A DNA stretch of 60,563 nt, counting the filler. It is 6 parts of 6 records of this genome, joined end to end, with 100 filler letters (N's around TTAATTAATTAA, not from the genome) between each part and the next. Parts side by side here need not be neighbours in the genome. Positions count along the whole stretch, not along the records: positions 35,466 to 44,082 come from SRR31156797_640; positions 44,183 to 54,242 come from SRR31156797_649; 4 more parts are not named here. One strand, 5' to 3'. Shown piece by piece: positions 38,776-48,607 of the stretch (its first letter is position 1; each line of letters begins with the position of its first letter). The notes beneath the pieces were generated by a model. It saw nothing but the letters and a program-made list of their open reading frames with translations. It searched no databases and was not told the DNA's origin. The translations under genes were made by a program, and so were the position numbers.

Positions 38776-39816
38776 ATGAAAAAAATCAATATCAACGATG
38801 TTGCAAGAGAAGCCGGTGTTTCCAAAGCAACTGTATCAAATGTAATCAATGACAAAGGCCGGTTCAGTGACGCTACTAAAAATAAAGTTTTAACTGCAAT
38901 AGATAAACTTGGATTTGAAGTTAATATTGTCGCTAAAAGTCTCGCTGAAGGAAAATCATATGTTATCGGAGTAATGATCCCGATATATGATGGTAATGGT
39001 TTTTTCAAAGATAATCTCTACTTTCAGGATTTTTTAGCAGGAGTCAATCATTATTTTACCACTGAGCAGAGAAGTCTATATGATCTTATCTATACTGGTG
39101 TTCATGTGGAAGAGGAGAGTTGTAAAACGTGGATTCGAAAAAGAAATGTTGACGGAGTTATTGTCATCGGATTGCTTACTCCTAAATTTTATGATGAGTT
39201 AAAAGAAACAGGAGTTCCTGCATTAATAATGGATATCACTCTAAGTCAATCGAAAGATTTCTCACATATCTATGTTGATGATGAAAAGGGCGGTTATCTG
39301 GGAACTAAACATTTACTGGAAAATGGACATAAAAATATAGCTTTTGTAAATGGCGGGTTAAATCTAAGTGATGTAGAAAAAAGAAGATACGCCGGTTATA
39401 AAAAAGCTCATCAAGAATTCGGTGTAGAAGTTAATGAAACTAATATTATTGAAACACATATATGCCTCGAGGGCGGATATAGTGCTGCTGAAAGAATTCA
39501 TAAATTAAGTGATAATTTTAGTGCCGCATTTGTTACATCTGATATTGTAGCAATAGGGATGATAGAAAAGTTTAAAGAACTAGGTGTCGATGTTCCGAAT
39601 GATTTATCAATAGTTGGCTTTGATGATCTCTCAATATCAAAATTAATCTCCCCAAAATTAACAACTGTAAGTCAAAATATCTATGAAAAGGGAAGCCTGG
39701 CAGGGAAAACTATTATTGACATTGTTGAAAAAAAAATTGAAGGAAATCAAAATATCTTATATGATGTTAATTTAGTTGTAAGAGACAGTGTAAAAAGGGC
39801 TTCGCCAACAGATTAA
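38776..39816 (+). CDS. LacI-family transcriptional regulator
   Basis: INDVAREAGVSKATVS HTH, VP.DLSIVGFDD, LTTV.Q; TTGACA-N18-TAAAAT at 38701-38730. Confidence 0.95.
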   Translation: MKKININDVAREAGVSKATVSNVINDKGRFSDATKNKVLTAIDKLGFEVNIVAKSLAEGKSYVIGVMIPIYDGNGFFKDNLYFQDFLAGVNHYFTTEQRSLYDLIYTGVHVEEESCKTWIRKRNVDGVIVIGLLTPKFYDELKETGVPALIMDITLSQSKDFSHIYVDDEKGGYLGTKHLLENGHKNIAFVNGGLNLSDVEKRRYAGYKKAHQEFGVEVNETNIIETHICLEGGYSAAERIHKLSDNFSAAFVTSDIVAIGMIEKFKELGVDVPNDLSIVGFDDLSISKLISPKLTTVSQNIYEKGSLAGKTIIDIVEKKIEGNQNILYDVNLVVRDSVKRASPTD

Positions 39817-39916
39817 ACAATATAGGCGAAACCTTTAAAAATTTAAAAAAGATATAAAATTCTGATAATTCAGAAATTTTATATCTTTTATTTTTGAACT
39901 AATTTTTTCAAAGTAT

Positions 39917-40348
39917 CTAGTGCTTATAGTGTTTGTAGTTCTCATTTTTTTCATGTTTTATAATTTTAATTGCATTAATATATCCTAGAATCATTACGAA
40001 TATCACAACAGCAGTTTTTATACTAAATAGAATCGTTAATGAGTTTCCATTTAAAAAACTCATGATTGTTCCTAAAAAAATCCCGGATACAAGTGGAAAA
40101 GCCGTTAGTAAAAGAATAAAACTTCTTTCAATCGGTTTTCGATTCCCCCATAACAATAGTAATGTCCAACTCAACATTAATGAGGCTGCTATTGTAAATA
40201 CCATTCGTACATTACTGCTTAATTCTAAGTTTGAACTTTGAGTAAATTTTATATATAAGTTTGGAAAACCTAACAAAACAACCCAAATTGCATCTACAAC
40301 TGCTCCAAATAAATAAGCAAATTTAACTATTCTATACTCTTTTTCCAT
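39917..40348 (-). CDS. Membrane protein (4 TM)
   Basis: Hydrophobic segments; coupled to the upstream hydrolase. Confidence 0.75.
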   Translation of the reverse strand: MEKEYRIVKFAYLFGAVVDAIWVVLLGFPNLYIKFTQSSNLELSSNVRMVFTIAASLMLSWTLLLLWGNRKPIERSFILLLTAFPLVSGIFLGTIMSFLNGNSLTILFSIKTAVVIFVMILGYINAIKIIKHEKNENYKHYKH

Positions 40349-40349
40349 T

Positions 40350-41489
40350 TTAACCTCCTAATTTCAATGCCGGGATAACATATTTATTAACAAATAAAAA
40401 ATTCTTATTCCCTTTAGTATAATTTCCACCTGTAAAAATTACTATTAAATCCATAGAAGGATATATAAGTATCTTTTGCCCGCCCCAACCAAGTGCAAAT
40501 AAAATTCTCTCTTTACTATTATTTTCCATTTCCGTGATCCACCATGAATAAGAGTATCCTGACGCCCCTATTCCCTCACCGGGAATAACTATACTTTTAG
40601 GAACTTTATACTCAAAAAGTTCATTTATCCAATATTCTGAAATTATTCTTTCATCATTCCATTTCCCATTTTGAAGAACCAGTTTTCCAATCTTCAGCAT
40701 ATCTTTCGGTAGCATTTTAATTCCTCCGGCAGCTTCGTAAGTTCCATTTTCAAATCTATTTCCCCAGCTAACATTACTTATTCCTAAAGGGTTAAATAAA
40801 TATTTCATCGCAAACTCTTCAATATTTAGTCCTGACGCATGTTTTATTATCTCTCCTAAAATTATCTGATTTCCTCCGTAATATGAAAATGCCGTTCCGG
40901 GTTTATTAATGAGTTGTCCCTCTAAAATAAACGAAACAGGGTCTTTATCCGAAAACCATATATCTATAATTGGATTATCTTCATTATTGTATTTGGAAGT
41001 CCATTCATTCCACTCTAATCCAGATGTCATCGTCAACAGATGTTCTATAGTTATAGATTCTTTACCACCTTTTCTCAAGGCTTGATGATTAGGTAAATAA
41101 TCAAAAATTGATTGATTAACTGATTTGATATAAGATTTTTCAATCGCTATCCCTATACAAAGTGAAGTTATACTTTTGGTATCTGACATTATTGAATGAG
41201 GAGTTTCATCATTCCATTCAATAAATTCACCTTCAAATTTTCTTGCATTCCATTTATATTTATGACCGGAAAAGTATTTTTCCAGAAGTAAATTATTATC
41301 TTTATAAATAAGAATTGAATGAATCTCACCAAATTTTCCCTTTTCTATTTTTTCAATTCCTTCTTTTAATAATTTATTATTAATTGCCGAATTAGAGCTT
41401 GTATTAATTTTTATTCCATCAGTTTTGTTTTTGCAAGCTGAAAAAACTAATGCTAAAATAAAGCAACTTATTATTAATAATTTTTTCAT
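40350..41489 (-). CDS. Serine hydrolase, beta-lactamase class C/AmpC-like, lipoprotein
   Basis: Lipobox VFSAC, SDTKS (SxxK), LLTMTSG, PG..F.Y, ALGWGGQ. Confidence 0.88.
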   Translation of the reverse strand: MKKLLIISCFILALVFSACKNKTDGIKINTSSNSAINNKLLKEGIEKIEKGKFGEIHSILIYKDNNLLLEKYFSGHKYKWNARKFEGEFIEWNDETPHSIMSDTKSITSLCIGIAIEKSYIKSVNQSIFDYLPNHQALRKGGKESITIEHLLTMTSGLEWNEWTSKYNNEDNPIIDIWFSDKDPVSFILEGQLINKPGTAFSYYGGNQIILGEIIKHASGLNIEEFAMKYLFNPLGISNVSWGNRFENGTYEAAGGIKMLPKDMLKIGKLVLQNGKWNDERIISEYWINELFEYKVPKSIVIPGEGIGASGYSYSWWITEMENNSKERILFALGWGGQKILIYPSMDLIVIFTGGNYTKGNKNFLFVNKYVIPALKLGG

Positions 41490-41621
41490 AATTTATTTCC
41501 TCCCAATATTTCAATCTATCAATTATAATTAGCGTTATAATTCTCCAATACTTAATTATAGTATAAACTATGAACTTATGGTCATGTCAAATAAAAATTA
41601 ATGAAAAAGAATTTTTGTATC

Positions 41622-41752
41622 TTGACAAATTAATTAATTTGATAGTAGAATAGATTTGAGATCAGTTTTAATTTTTTTTGGCGTTTTGGTTAACCGGTTT
41701 ATCAAATTATATTCCGGTTTATTTTACCATTGTTAGATTAACCGTTTAATCT
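41622..41752 (+). promoter_or_regulatory. Sigma70 promoter with three LacI-type operators
   Basis: TTGACA-N18-TAGAAT (41622-41651). Operators TTAACCGGTTTA (41690), ATTCCGGTTTAT (41711) and AGATTAACCGTTTAATCT (41735). Confidence 0.65.
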
Positions 41753-41781
41753 ATTATAAATTTATGAAAGGAAGTATTTTG

Positions 41782-44001
41782 ATGAAAAAATTATTTTATG
41801 TATTACTTGTTTTATTTATTCAGGTATTGTTTGGCTGTTCCACATCATTACTTAAAGATAAGGAGACTAGTGCCAATGAAATTAACGAAACAGCTCTTTC
41901 ACCTGATAAAGCTATTGAACTTAATTTTAGTGTTAGTGATGGTATTCCGATGTATTCGATTAAGTATAACGGTGAAAATCTGCTAAACAGTTCAAAGCTT
42001 GGTTTTATTCTTAAGGAAAATGAAAAAGAGATTGAATTAAACAAAAATTTTGCGATTATTTCTACAGAAATCAAAGAAGTAAATAATGGGACTTGGAGTC
42101 CTGTATGGGGACAGCAAGCTTCATATGAAGATAAATATACTTCTTATATTGTTAAGTTAAAACAGACTAAAAACAAAAAATTAAAAATGAATTTAGAATT
42201 CAGAATATATGATAATGGAATCGGTTTCAGATATGAAATTCCTCAACAAAAAAATCTAAAAGAGATCGTTGTTACTGATGAGAAAACGGAATTTTATATG
42301 AGTGATAACTATAAATCATGGTGGATTCCAAATGATTGGGATAGTTATGAGTATCTATATGAAACTTCTACTTTATCAAAAGCCGGAAAGAAAAACGGCG
42401 CAAGATACGCAACAAGAGAGTATGACGTATCAACTCCATTTACTATGAAAACAAAGCAAAAAACTCATATCAGTATACATGAGGCTGCACTATATAACTA
42501 TCCGGGAATGGCATTAATAAGAGCAAATGAAGATGGAGTGAATACAAAATTCGAAGCTCACCTTTGCCCATGGACTGATGATTATAAAAATAATTCAGAT
42601 ATTAAATTCAAGGGAATCGATGCTCCTGCAAAAGAATTAATCACTCCATGGAGAACAATCCAAATAGGAGAAAATGCAGGTGCTCTGGCTGAATCAGGTT
42701 TAATTCTTAATTTAAATGAACCTAATAAAATCGAAGATACATCATGGATTCAACCTATGAAATATATAGGAATCTGGTGGGAACTACATCTGGGAATTAC
42801 AGATTGGGGTAGACATAATAACAGACATGGCGCAACTACTGAAAATACTAAATATCATATTGATTTTGCATACGAACACCTTATTAAAGATACTAATAAT
42901 CAAAAAGTGGGATTACTTGTTGAGGGCTGGAATAAAGGCTGGGATGGTAACTGGACAGCTAATTATAACAAATTCATCTTTGGTGAAAAAGGTGAATATG
43001 AAGATTATGATCTAAGTGAAGTTGCAGAGTATGGATCAGATAAAGGTGTACATATCTTCGCTCACAATGAAACAAGTGGTGGAATTACTAACTATGAAGA
43101 GCAGCTTGATGAAGCATATGCTGATTATCAGAGATTAAATATTCCAGCTATAAAAAGTGGTTATGTTGCTGACAAAGGAATGAGAGGCTCTGCTCCAAAG
43201 GGACAGCACCATCATGGTCAATATATGGTTAATCACTACAACAATGCAGTAATTAAAGCTGCTGAATATCAAATCATGATCAATACTCACGAGCCTATAA
43301 AAGCTACTGGTATCAGCAGAACTTATCCAAACTGGATAGGTAGAGAGGGTGTAAGGGGAATGGAATATAATGCATGGAGTGATGGAAATACTCCGGAACA
43401 TACTACCATCTTACCATTCACAAGAGTTCTGGGAGGTCCGGTAGATTATACACCTGGAATATTCCAAATGAAACTCCCTAGATACAACTCAGTTAAAACA
43501 ACCAGAGCAAAACAGCTAGCTCTATACCTGACTCTATACAGTCCGGTTCCTATGGTAACTGATCTACCTAAAAATTATTTGATTGATCCTAATGAAACTG
43601 ATATGGCAAAAGCAAAAACTTTGCCTGAATTCCAGTTCATTAAAGATTTAGCTTTGGATTGGGATAACTCTATAGTTTTAGATGCCGAAATTGGTGAGTA
43701 TATGGCTATCGCAAGAAAAACTAAAAATAAAGATGAATGGTTTATCGGAGCAATTACAAATAAAGATAAAAGAACTCTTGATCTGTCATTTGATTTCCTG
43801 AGTGATAAAGAGTATGTGGCTGAAATCTACAGAGATGGAGAGGGCGCGCACTGGATTAAAAATCCTACTATTGTAAAGATAGAAAAAGTAATCGTAAATG
43901 CTGATACAGATTACAAAGCAATATTAGCTGAAGGTGGAGGACAAGCTATTAGACTTTATCCTGCCAGTGAAAAAGATAAAGAAAAATATAGAAAGTATTA
44001 A
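41782..44001 (+). CDS. Glycoside hydrolase family 97 (alpha-glucosidase type), lipoprotein
   Basis: TPWRTI, KYIGIWWELH, LVEGWN.GW, H.ET, HEP.K.TG, REG.RG.EY, GP.DYTPG; lipobox LFGC. Confidence 0.93.
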   Translation: MKKLFYVLLVLFIQVLFGCSTSLLKDKETSANEINETALSPDKAIELNFSVSDGIPMYSIKYNGENLLNSSKLGFILKENEKEIELNKNFAIISTEIKEVNNGTWSPVWGQQASYEDKYTSYIVKLKQTKNKKLKMNLEFRIYDNGIGFRYEIPQQKNLKEIVVTDEKTEFYMSDNYKSWWIPNDWDSYEYLYETSTLSKAGKKNGARYATREYDVSTPFTMKTKQKTHISIHEAALYNYPGMALIRANEDGVNTKFEAHLCPWTDDYKNNSDIKFKGIDAPAKELITPWRTIQIGENAGALAESGLILNLNEPNKIEDTSWIQPMKYIGIWWELHLGITDWGRHNNRHGATTENTKYHIDFAYEHLIKDTNNQKVGLLVEGWNKGWDGNWTANYNKFIFGEKGEYEDYDLSEVAEYGSDKGVHIFAHNETSGGITNYEEQLDEAYADYQRLNIPAIKSGYVADKGMRGSAPKGQHHHGQYMVNHYNNAVIKAAEYQIMINTHEPIKATGISRTYPNWIGREGVRGMEYNAWSDGNTPEHTTILPFTRVLGGPVDYTPGIFQMKLPRYNSVKTTRAKQLALYLTLYSPVPMVTDLPKNYLIDPNETDMAKAKTLPEFQFIKDLALDWDNSIVLDAEIGEYMAIARKTKNKDEWFIGAITNKDKRTLDLSFDFLSDKEYVAEIYRDGEGAHWIKNPTIVKIEKVIVNADTDYKAILAEGGGQAIRLYPASEKDKEKYRKY

Positions 44002-44010
44002 CATTAACTA

Positions 44011-44082
44011 AATCACCCCAATCTCTTCTTTAGATAAAGAAGGGCTAAAAGTAAGTCCCCTTTACCAAAGGGGATTTAGGGG
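44011..44082. repeat. REP-like GC hairpin repeat at contig edge
   Basis: CTTCTTT-AGAT-AAAGAAG and TCCCCTTT-ACC-AAAGGGGATTTAGGGG. Confidence 0.45.
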
Positions 44083-44182
44083 NNNNNNNNNNNNNNNNNN
44101 NNNNNNNNNNNNNNNNNNNNNNNNNNTTAATTAATTAANNNNNNNNNNNNNNNNNNNNNNNNNNNNNNNNNNNNNNNNNNNN
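44083..44182. other. Artificial contig linker
   Basis: N-run with TTAATTAATTAA. Confidence 0.98.
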
Positions 44183-44184
44183 CT

Positions 44185-47100
44185 GAAGGATTAAACGAAA
44201 AGCTCATAAGGGCCGTTGGCGTTGAAAATGTAAAGAGTGACGATTTCACGCGGGTGCTTCATTGCGCGGGACGCAGCTACCGGGACCTTATCAGGCTGAG
44301 GCTCGGTAACATTCCCTCACTGCCCGACGTGGTTGTTTATCCCGAGGACCATGACCAGGTGAGGCTTATTTTGTCGGCTGCGTCCGATTATCATGCGGCC
44401 GTGGTTCCTTTTGGCGGAGGTTCGAGCGTTGTCGGCGGCCTGGATTTACCATCGGATATCAGGCCCTTTATATCGCTGAATCTTACAAGAATGAACAAGC
44501 TGCTTGATATGGACGCTGATAGTTTGACCGCGACTTTTCAGGCCGGCATTTACGGGCCGGACCTGGAAGCGGTTTTGGAAGAGAAAGGCTTCACGCTGGG
44601 GCACTTTCCGCAGTCTTTTGAATTTTCGACTCTTGGGGGCTGGATCGCAGCCAGGGGCGCCGGTAACAAGTCTATTAAATACGGTAAAATGGAAGATATT
44701 ACCATGGCCGTACGCGTAGCTCTACCGGATGGGGAATTGTCCACTCCGATCGTGCCGGCCGCTGCCGCAGGTGGGGATTTGTGCGGTTTGCTGGCGGGTT
44801 CCGAGGGGAGCCTGGGAGTAATAACCGAGGCAGTGGTTAAAATAAGGCCTGTTGCCGAAAATGAATGGCAGGACTCTTTCCTTTTCCCCAACTTTGCATC
44901 GGGCCTGGAGGCCGTGCGACGGATTATGGCCGGCGGTCATGGTCCGGCCATGATCCGCTTGTCGGACGAAGATGAAACGGAAGCCTTGGCCGCCGAGGCG
45001 ATGTCCAAGGAATCCGGGGCGATTAAGAACTTTATTATGGATAATATCGCGCCGTCCTATTTAAAGTTAAAGGGGATTCAATTAGAAAAGGCCTGCCTTA
45101 TGATCGCGGCGGGAGAAGGCCGCGTCCACGAAATGAAGGTGCAGAAGACAGCGATTCGAAGGATCTGCGGAGAATGCGGCGGGGTGCGCGCCGGCGCCGG
45201 TCCGGCGAGGGCGTGGCACGAATCCAGGTATGCAGCGCCGTATCTTCGGGACGAGCTGATATCCAGGCGGATATTTATTGAAACCCTTGAGACGGCCGCG
45301 AACTGGAGCAGGTTGACGGATCTGTATACAGGCGTCAGGGAGGCGTTGAAAGACAGTCTGCAACGATTCGGGATCAAAGGCCTTGTAATGAGTCACCTGT
45401 CGCATTCCTATCCTGAAGGGGCGAATTTATATTTTACTATTACGGCGCCTCAAGCTTACGGTATGGAAGAAAAACAGTGGATAGAAATTAAAAAAGCCGC
45501 CGCGGAAGCTATTGTGGAACATGGGGGAGCAATCAGCCATCACCACGGCATCGGGCGGGATCACAAGCCGTGGATTGAAAATTATTGGGGCAAGGAACTG
45601 GTTGACGTCTTCAGGGCGGCCAAGAACAGGCTTGATCCGCTTTCGATTCTCAATCCCGGGGTTCTATTTGATATGGACTTTTATCCGCCGGATCCACCGG
45701 AAAAATACAGCCCTTTTTCTCCGGCTACAAGAACATCGAATATTGAGAGGCTTGAGCAGGAAATATTTGATGTTTTCGTGATCGGGGGAGGAATCGTGGG
45801 GGCTGGTTCGGTCTGGGACGCCGGCTTGCGGGGTTTGTCGGCGGCGCTGGTTGAAAAAGCCGACTTTGGGAGCGGGACCAGCGGCAAATCGTCGCGCATG
45901 ATTCACGGCGGCCTCAGATATCTCAAGATGCTGGATATTAAACTGGTCAGGGAATCGCTTTCCGAGAGAAGGCATTTAATCAAAATGGCCCCGCATCTCG
46001 TCAGACCCATGTCTCATCTTGTTCCGATATACAAGGGGGACGGCGACAGCCAGACCGTGATGCATTTAGGGCTGTGGGGATATGACACATTGGCGGGTTC
46101 CAAGGGTTTGCCTCCCCACGAAAGCCTGACCGCGGCCGAAGTTTTGGAAATGGAACCCGACATATGTTCGGATGGTCTTGAAGGCGGATTGATATATTAC
46201 GACGCTTTGACGGACGACGCCAGGCTGACTCTGGAAACAATAAAGGCGGCGTCCCGGTCAGGCGCGGCCGTCGGCAACCATTTGGAGGCGACCGGCATTT
46301 CCATCGGACAGGACTATGCTGAGATATCGCTCAGGGATGTTTTGACCGGGCGCGAGTTCACGGCGCTTTCCCGGACAGTGGTCAATGCTTCCGGCGTCTG
46401 GACTGACAGGGTGAGATCGTCGGCGATTCCGGAAGCGGAAAACATTATTCAACCGGCCAAGGGCATACACATTGTTTTTCCATTATCTTTAAAGCCGATA
46501 AAAAATGTTGTGATTTTAAAAGGAGCTGACGGGCGCCCCCTGTTTGCGGTCCCATCGGGGGATATAGTTTATGTCGGGACAACGGATGACAGGTATGAAG
46601 GCGATTTGGACTCTCCAAGGGCGGCGACCGATGAAGTGGATTATCTGATAGATGCTGTAAACAGGTATTTAATCGGCCCTCCCCTGATCCGGGAAGGAGT
46701 GACGGCGACCTGGGCGGGAGTGCGGCCCCTGGTGTCCAGCGGAAAAAAAGATGAAACCAAGGATATTTCCCGCGAACATATAATTATGGAAGAGCAAGAG
46801 CGGATTGTAACCGTGTGCGGTGGTAAATTAACAACATTCAGAGTAATGGCCGCCCAGACTATCGACAGGGTGCTGACCATTTTAAGGGGCGAAGTTAATC
46901 CGGCTTCGCCGACAGCGGACCTGCCGTTGAGCGGTCCGCCTCAAACCATGCGTGAGAATCCGGTTGAGCTGAGTCCGGTTATTGAAAAACGCTTGCGGGA
47001 AAAATACGGGCCTCAAGCCGGCACGATCATGTCCCTGGCTAAGTCGCCGCGCCTGGCCTGCGTTCTTGACGAAGAAACCGGCCTGATTGTTGCGGAAATA

Positions 47101-47352
47101 CATTGGGTAGTCCAGGGTGAGATGGCAATGACCCTGTGCGACGCCATGGTTCGGCGCCTTGGCCTGACATACATGACCCCGGACAACGGGGCGGCCTTGG
47201 CGCCTCGAGTGGCCGTTGAAATGGCTTCGCTCCTGCACTGGGACGAAGCTGAAATTCAGAACCAACTGCAAAAGTACCAGGCTTATTTGGATGCCGAGCT
47301 TGGTTTTAAGCAAACAGGGGAAATCGAAAGCGAGGCTGACCAGATTCATTAG
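44185..47352 (+). CDS. Fusion of alkyl-DHAP-synthase-like FAD oxidoreductase and glycerol-3-phosphate dehydrogenase (GlpD); 5'-truncated
   Basis: PFGGGSSV, GHFPQSFEFSTLGGW, GSEG.LG, SHHHGIG, LNPG, then GGGIVG, SGTSGKSSRMIHGGLRYL, WAGVRPL, GGKLTTFR. Frame is open from the contig edge. Confidence 0.88.
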   Translation, partial: EGLNEKLIRAVGVENVKSDDFTRVLHCAGRSYRDLIRLRLGNIPSLPDVVVYPEDHDQVRLILSAASDYHAAVVPFGGGSSVVGGLDLPSDIRPFISLNLTRMNKLLDMDADSLTATFQAGIYGPDLEAVLEEKGFTLGHFPQSFEFSTLGGWIAARGAGNKSIKYGKMEDITMAVRVALPDGELSTPIVPAAAAGGDLCGLLAGSEGSLGVITEAVVKIRPVAENEWQDSFLFPNFASGLEAVRRIMAGGHGPAMIRLSDEDETEALAAEAMSKESGAIKNFIMDNIAPSYLKLKGIQLEKACLMIAAGEGRVHEMKVQKTAIRRICGECGGVRAGAGPARAWHESRYAAPYLRDELISRRIFIETLETAANWSRLTDLYTGVREALKDSLQRFGIKGLVMSHLSHSYPEGANLYFTITAPQAYGMEEKQWIEIKKAAAEAIVEHGGAISHHHGIGRDHKPWIENYWGKELVDVFRAAKNRLDPLSILNPGVLFDMDFYPPDPPEKYSPFSPATRTSNIERLEQEIFDVFVIGGGIVGAGSVWDAGLRGLSAALVEKADFGSGTSGKSSRMIHGGLRYLKMLDIKLVRESLSERRHLIKMAPHLVRPMSHLVPIYKGDGDSQTVMHLGLWGYDTLAGSKGLPPHESLTAAEVLEMEPDICSDGLEGGLIYYDALTDDARLTLETIKAASRSGAAVGNHLEATGISIGQDYAEISLRDVLTGREFTALSRTVVNASGVWTDRVRSSAIPEAENIIQPAKGIHIVFPLSLKPIKNVVILKGADGRPLFAVPSGDIVYVGTTDDRYEGDLDSPRAATDEVDYLIDAVNRYLIGPPLIREGVTATWAGVRPLVSSGKKDETKDISREHIIMEEQERIVTVCGGKLTTFRVMAAQTIDRVLTILRGEVNPASPTADLPLSGPPQTMRENPVELSPVIEKRLREKYGPQAGTIMSLAKSPRLACVLDEETGLIVAEIHWVVQGEMAMTLCDAMVRRLGLTYMTPDNGAALAPRVAVEMASLLHWDEAEIQNQLQKYQAYLDAELGFKQTGEIESEADQIH

Positions 47353-47377
47353 CGAAAAATTGCAGGAATGTATTTTT

Positions 47378-48568
47378 ATGGTTTATAAAACGAAAATTTT
47401 CATCATTGATTCAGATCCCGACGTCCGGCAAGCCCTCATGCATGCATTGGAAAAAACCGGTTTTGAGACATCGGGAGCCAACAGGGACGATGGATCATTG
47501 GCCGCGGCCGAGTTGGTAAAACCCGACCTGATACTGTTGGAAATTGAGTTTAAGGAGCCGAACGCTTTTGAGCTTCTTAAGCAATTAAAGGCCAATGAAG
47601 CCTCGGCCTCGGCGCTGATAATCGTCATGGTTTCGCGCCGTAATGCTTCCGAAGGGATTCGCGCCCTGGAGCACGGCGCCAGGGACATCATTTCCAAGCC
47701 TCTTAATATGGAAGAATTGACGGCCAGGGTTAAAACCCATGTGAAGCTGAAATTTCAGGAAGATCAGTTAAGGCAATATACCCTGACCCTGGAAAAGATG
47801 CTGGAAGAAAGAAACAGGCAGTTAATCCACGCCGACAGGTTGGTTACGCTGGGTACGCTGGCCGCCGGGATAAGCCATGAAATCAATAATCCCATTGCCT
47901 ACATTAAAGGCAATTTAAAGGCTCTGAACAATTATTGCCAACGGATTTCGAGGTATTTGGCCCAAAATATCAGTGTAGCTTATGATGAAAAAATCTCGAA
48001 AATCATAAATGAACTGCCTGCTGTAATTGAGGACCTGCAAACGGGAGTTGACAGGGTTATCAGGATATCGGCAACGCTAAATACATTTTCCAGAAAAAAA
48101 GAGACCCGTAAGGATTTGATAAGAATAGAAGACTGTATAGACCAAGCCCTGGAACTGACGCATAACCGCACCAAGTACACGATAATGGTAGAAACCAGGA
48201 TTGACGGGGAACTGCCGTCGATAATGGCCAATAAACAGCAAATAACCCAGGTTTTGGTCAATTTAATAATTAACGCCGCGGATGCGTTTGGCGATGTTCG
48301 GGGGACTCTGGCTATTTATGCGGGATCGGCGGGCGGCGGGCAAGTTGAGATTAAAATAACCGATGACGGTCCGGGAATGAGTGAAGAAGTAAAGGGGGCG
48401 GTATTCGATCCCTTTTTTACAACAAAATCATCCGATAAAGGGACAGGACTCGGGCTGGCTATTTCCAGGGACATAATTAAAAATCATGACGGCGACATAG
48501 AGCTTGAAAGCCGCCCTGGCCAAGGATCCGTATTCACTATTTTTTTGCCGGCGGCCGGTGTGAAATGA
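47378..48568 (+). CDS. Receiver-histidine kinase (NtrB-like core)
   Basis: REC-like N-terminus, SHEINNP, NLIINA, DDGPG, FFTTK, GTGLGL. Start placed at ATG 47378. Confidence 0.9.
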   Translation: MVYKTKIFIIDSDPDVRQALMHALEKTGFETSGANRDDGSLAAAELVKPDLILLEIEFKEPNAFELLKQLKANEASASALIIVMVSRRNASEGIRALEHGARDIISKPLNMEELTARVKTHVKLKFQEDQLRQYTLTLEKMLEERNRQLIHADRLVTLGTLAAGISHEINNPIAYIKGNLKALNNYCQRISRYLAQNISVAYDEKISKIINELPAVIEDLQTGVDRVIRISATLNTFSRKKETRKDLIRIEDCIDQALELTHNRTKYTIMVETRIDGELPSIMANKQQITQVLVNLIINAADAFGDVRGTLAIYAGSAGGGQVEIKITDDGPGMSEEVKGAVFDPFFTTKSSDKGTGLGLAISRDIIKNHDGDIELESRPGQGSVFTIFLPAAGVK

Positions 48569-48607
48569 TAATGATTTCCGGCCTCCGGCTACGAAAGTTG
48601 GTTATTG

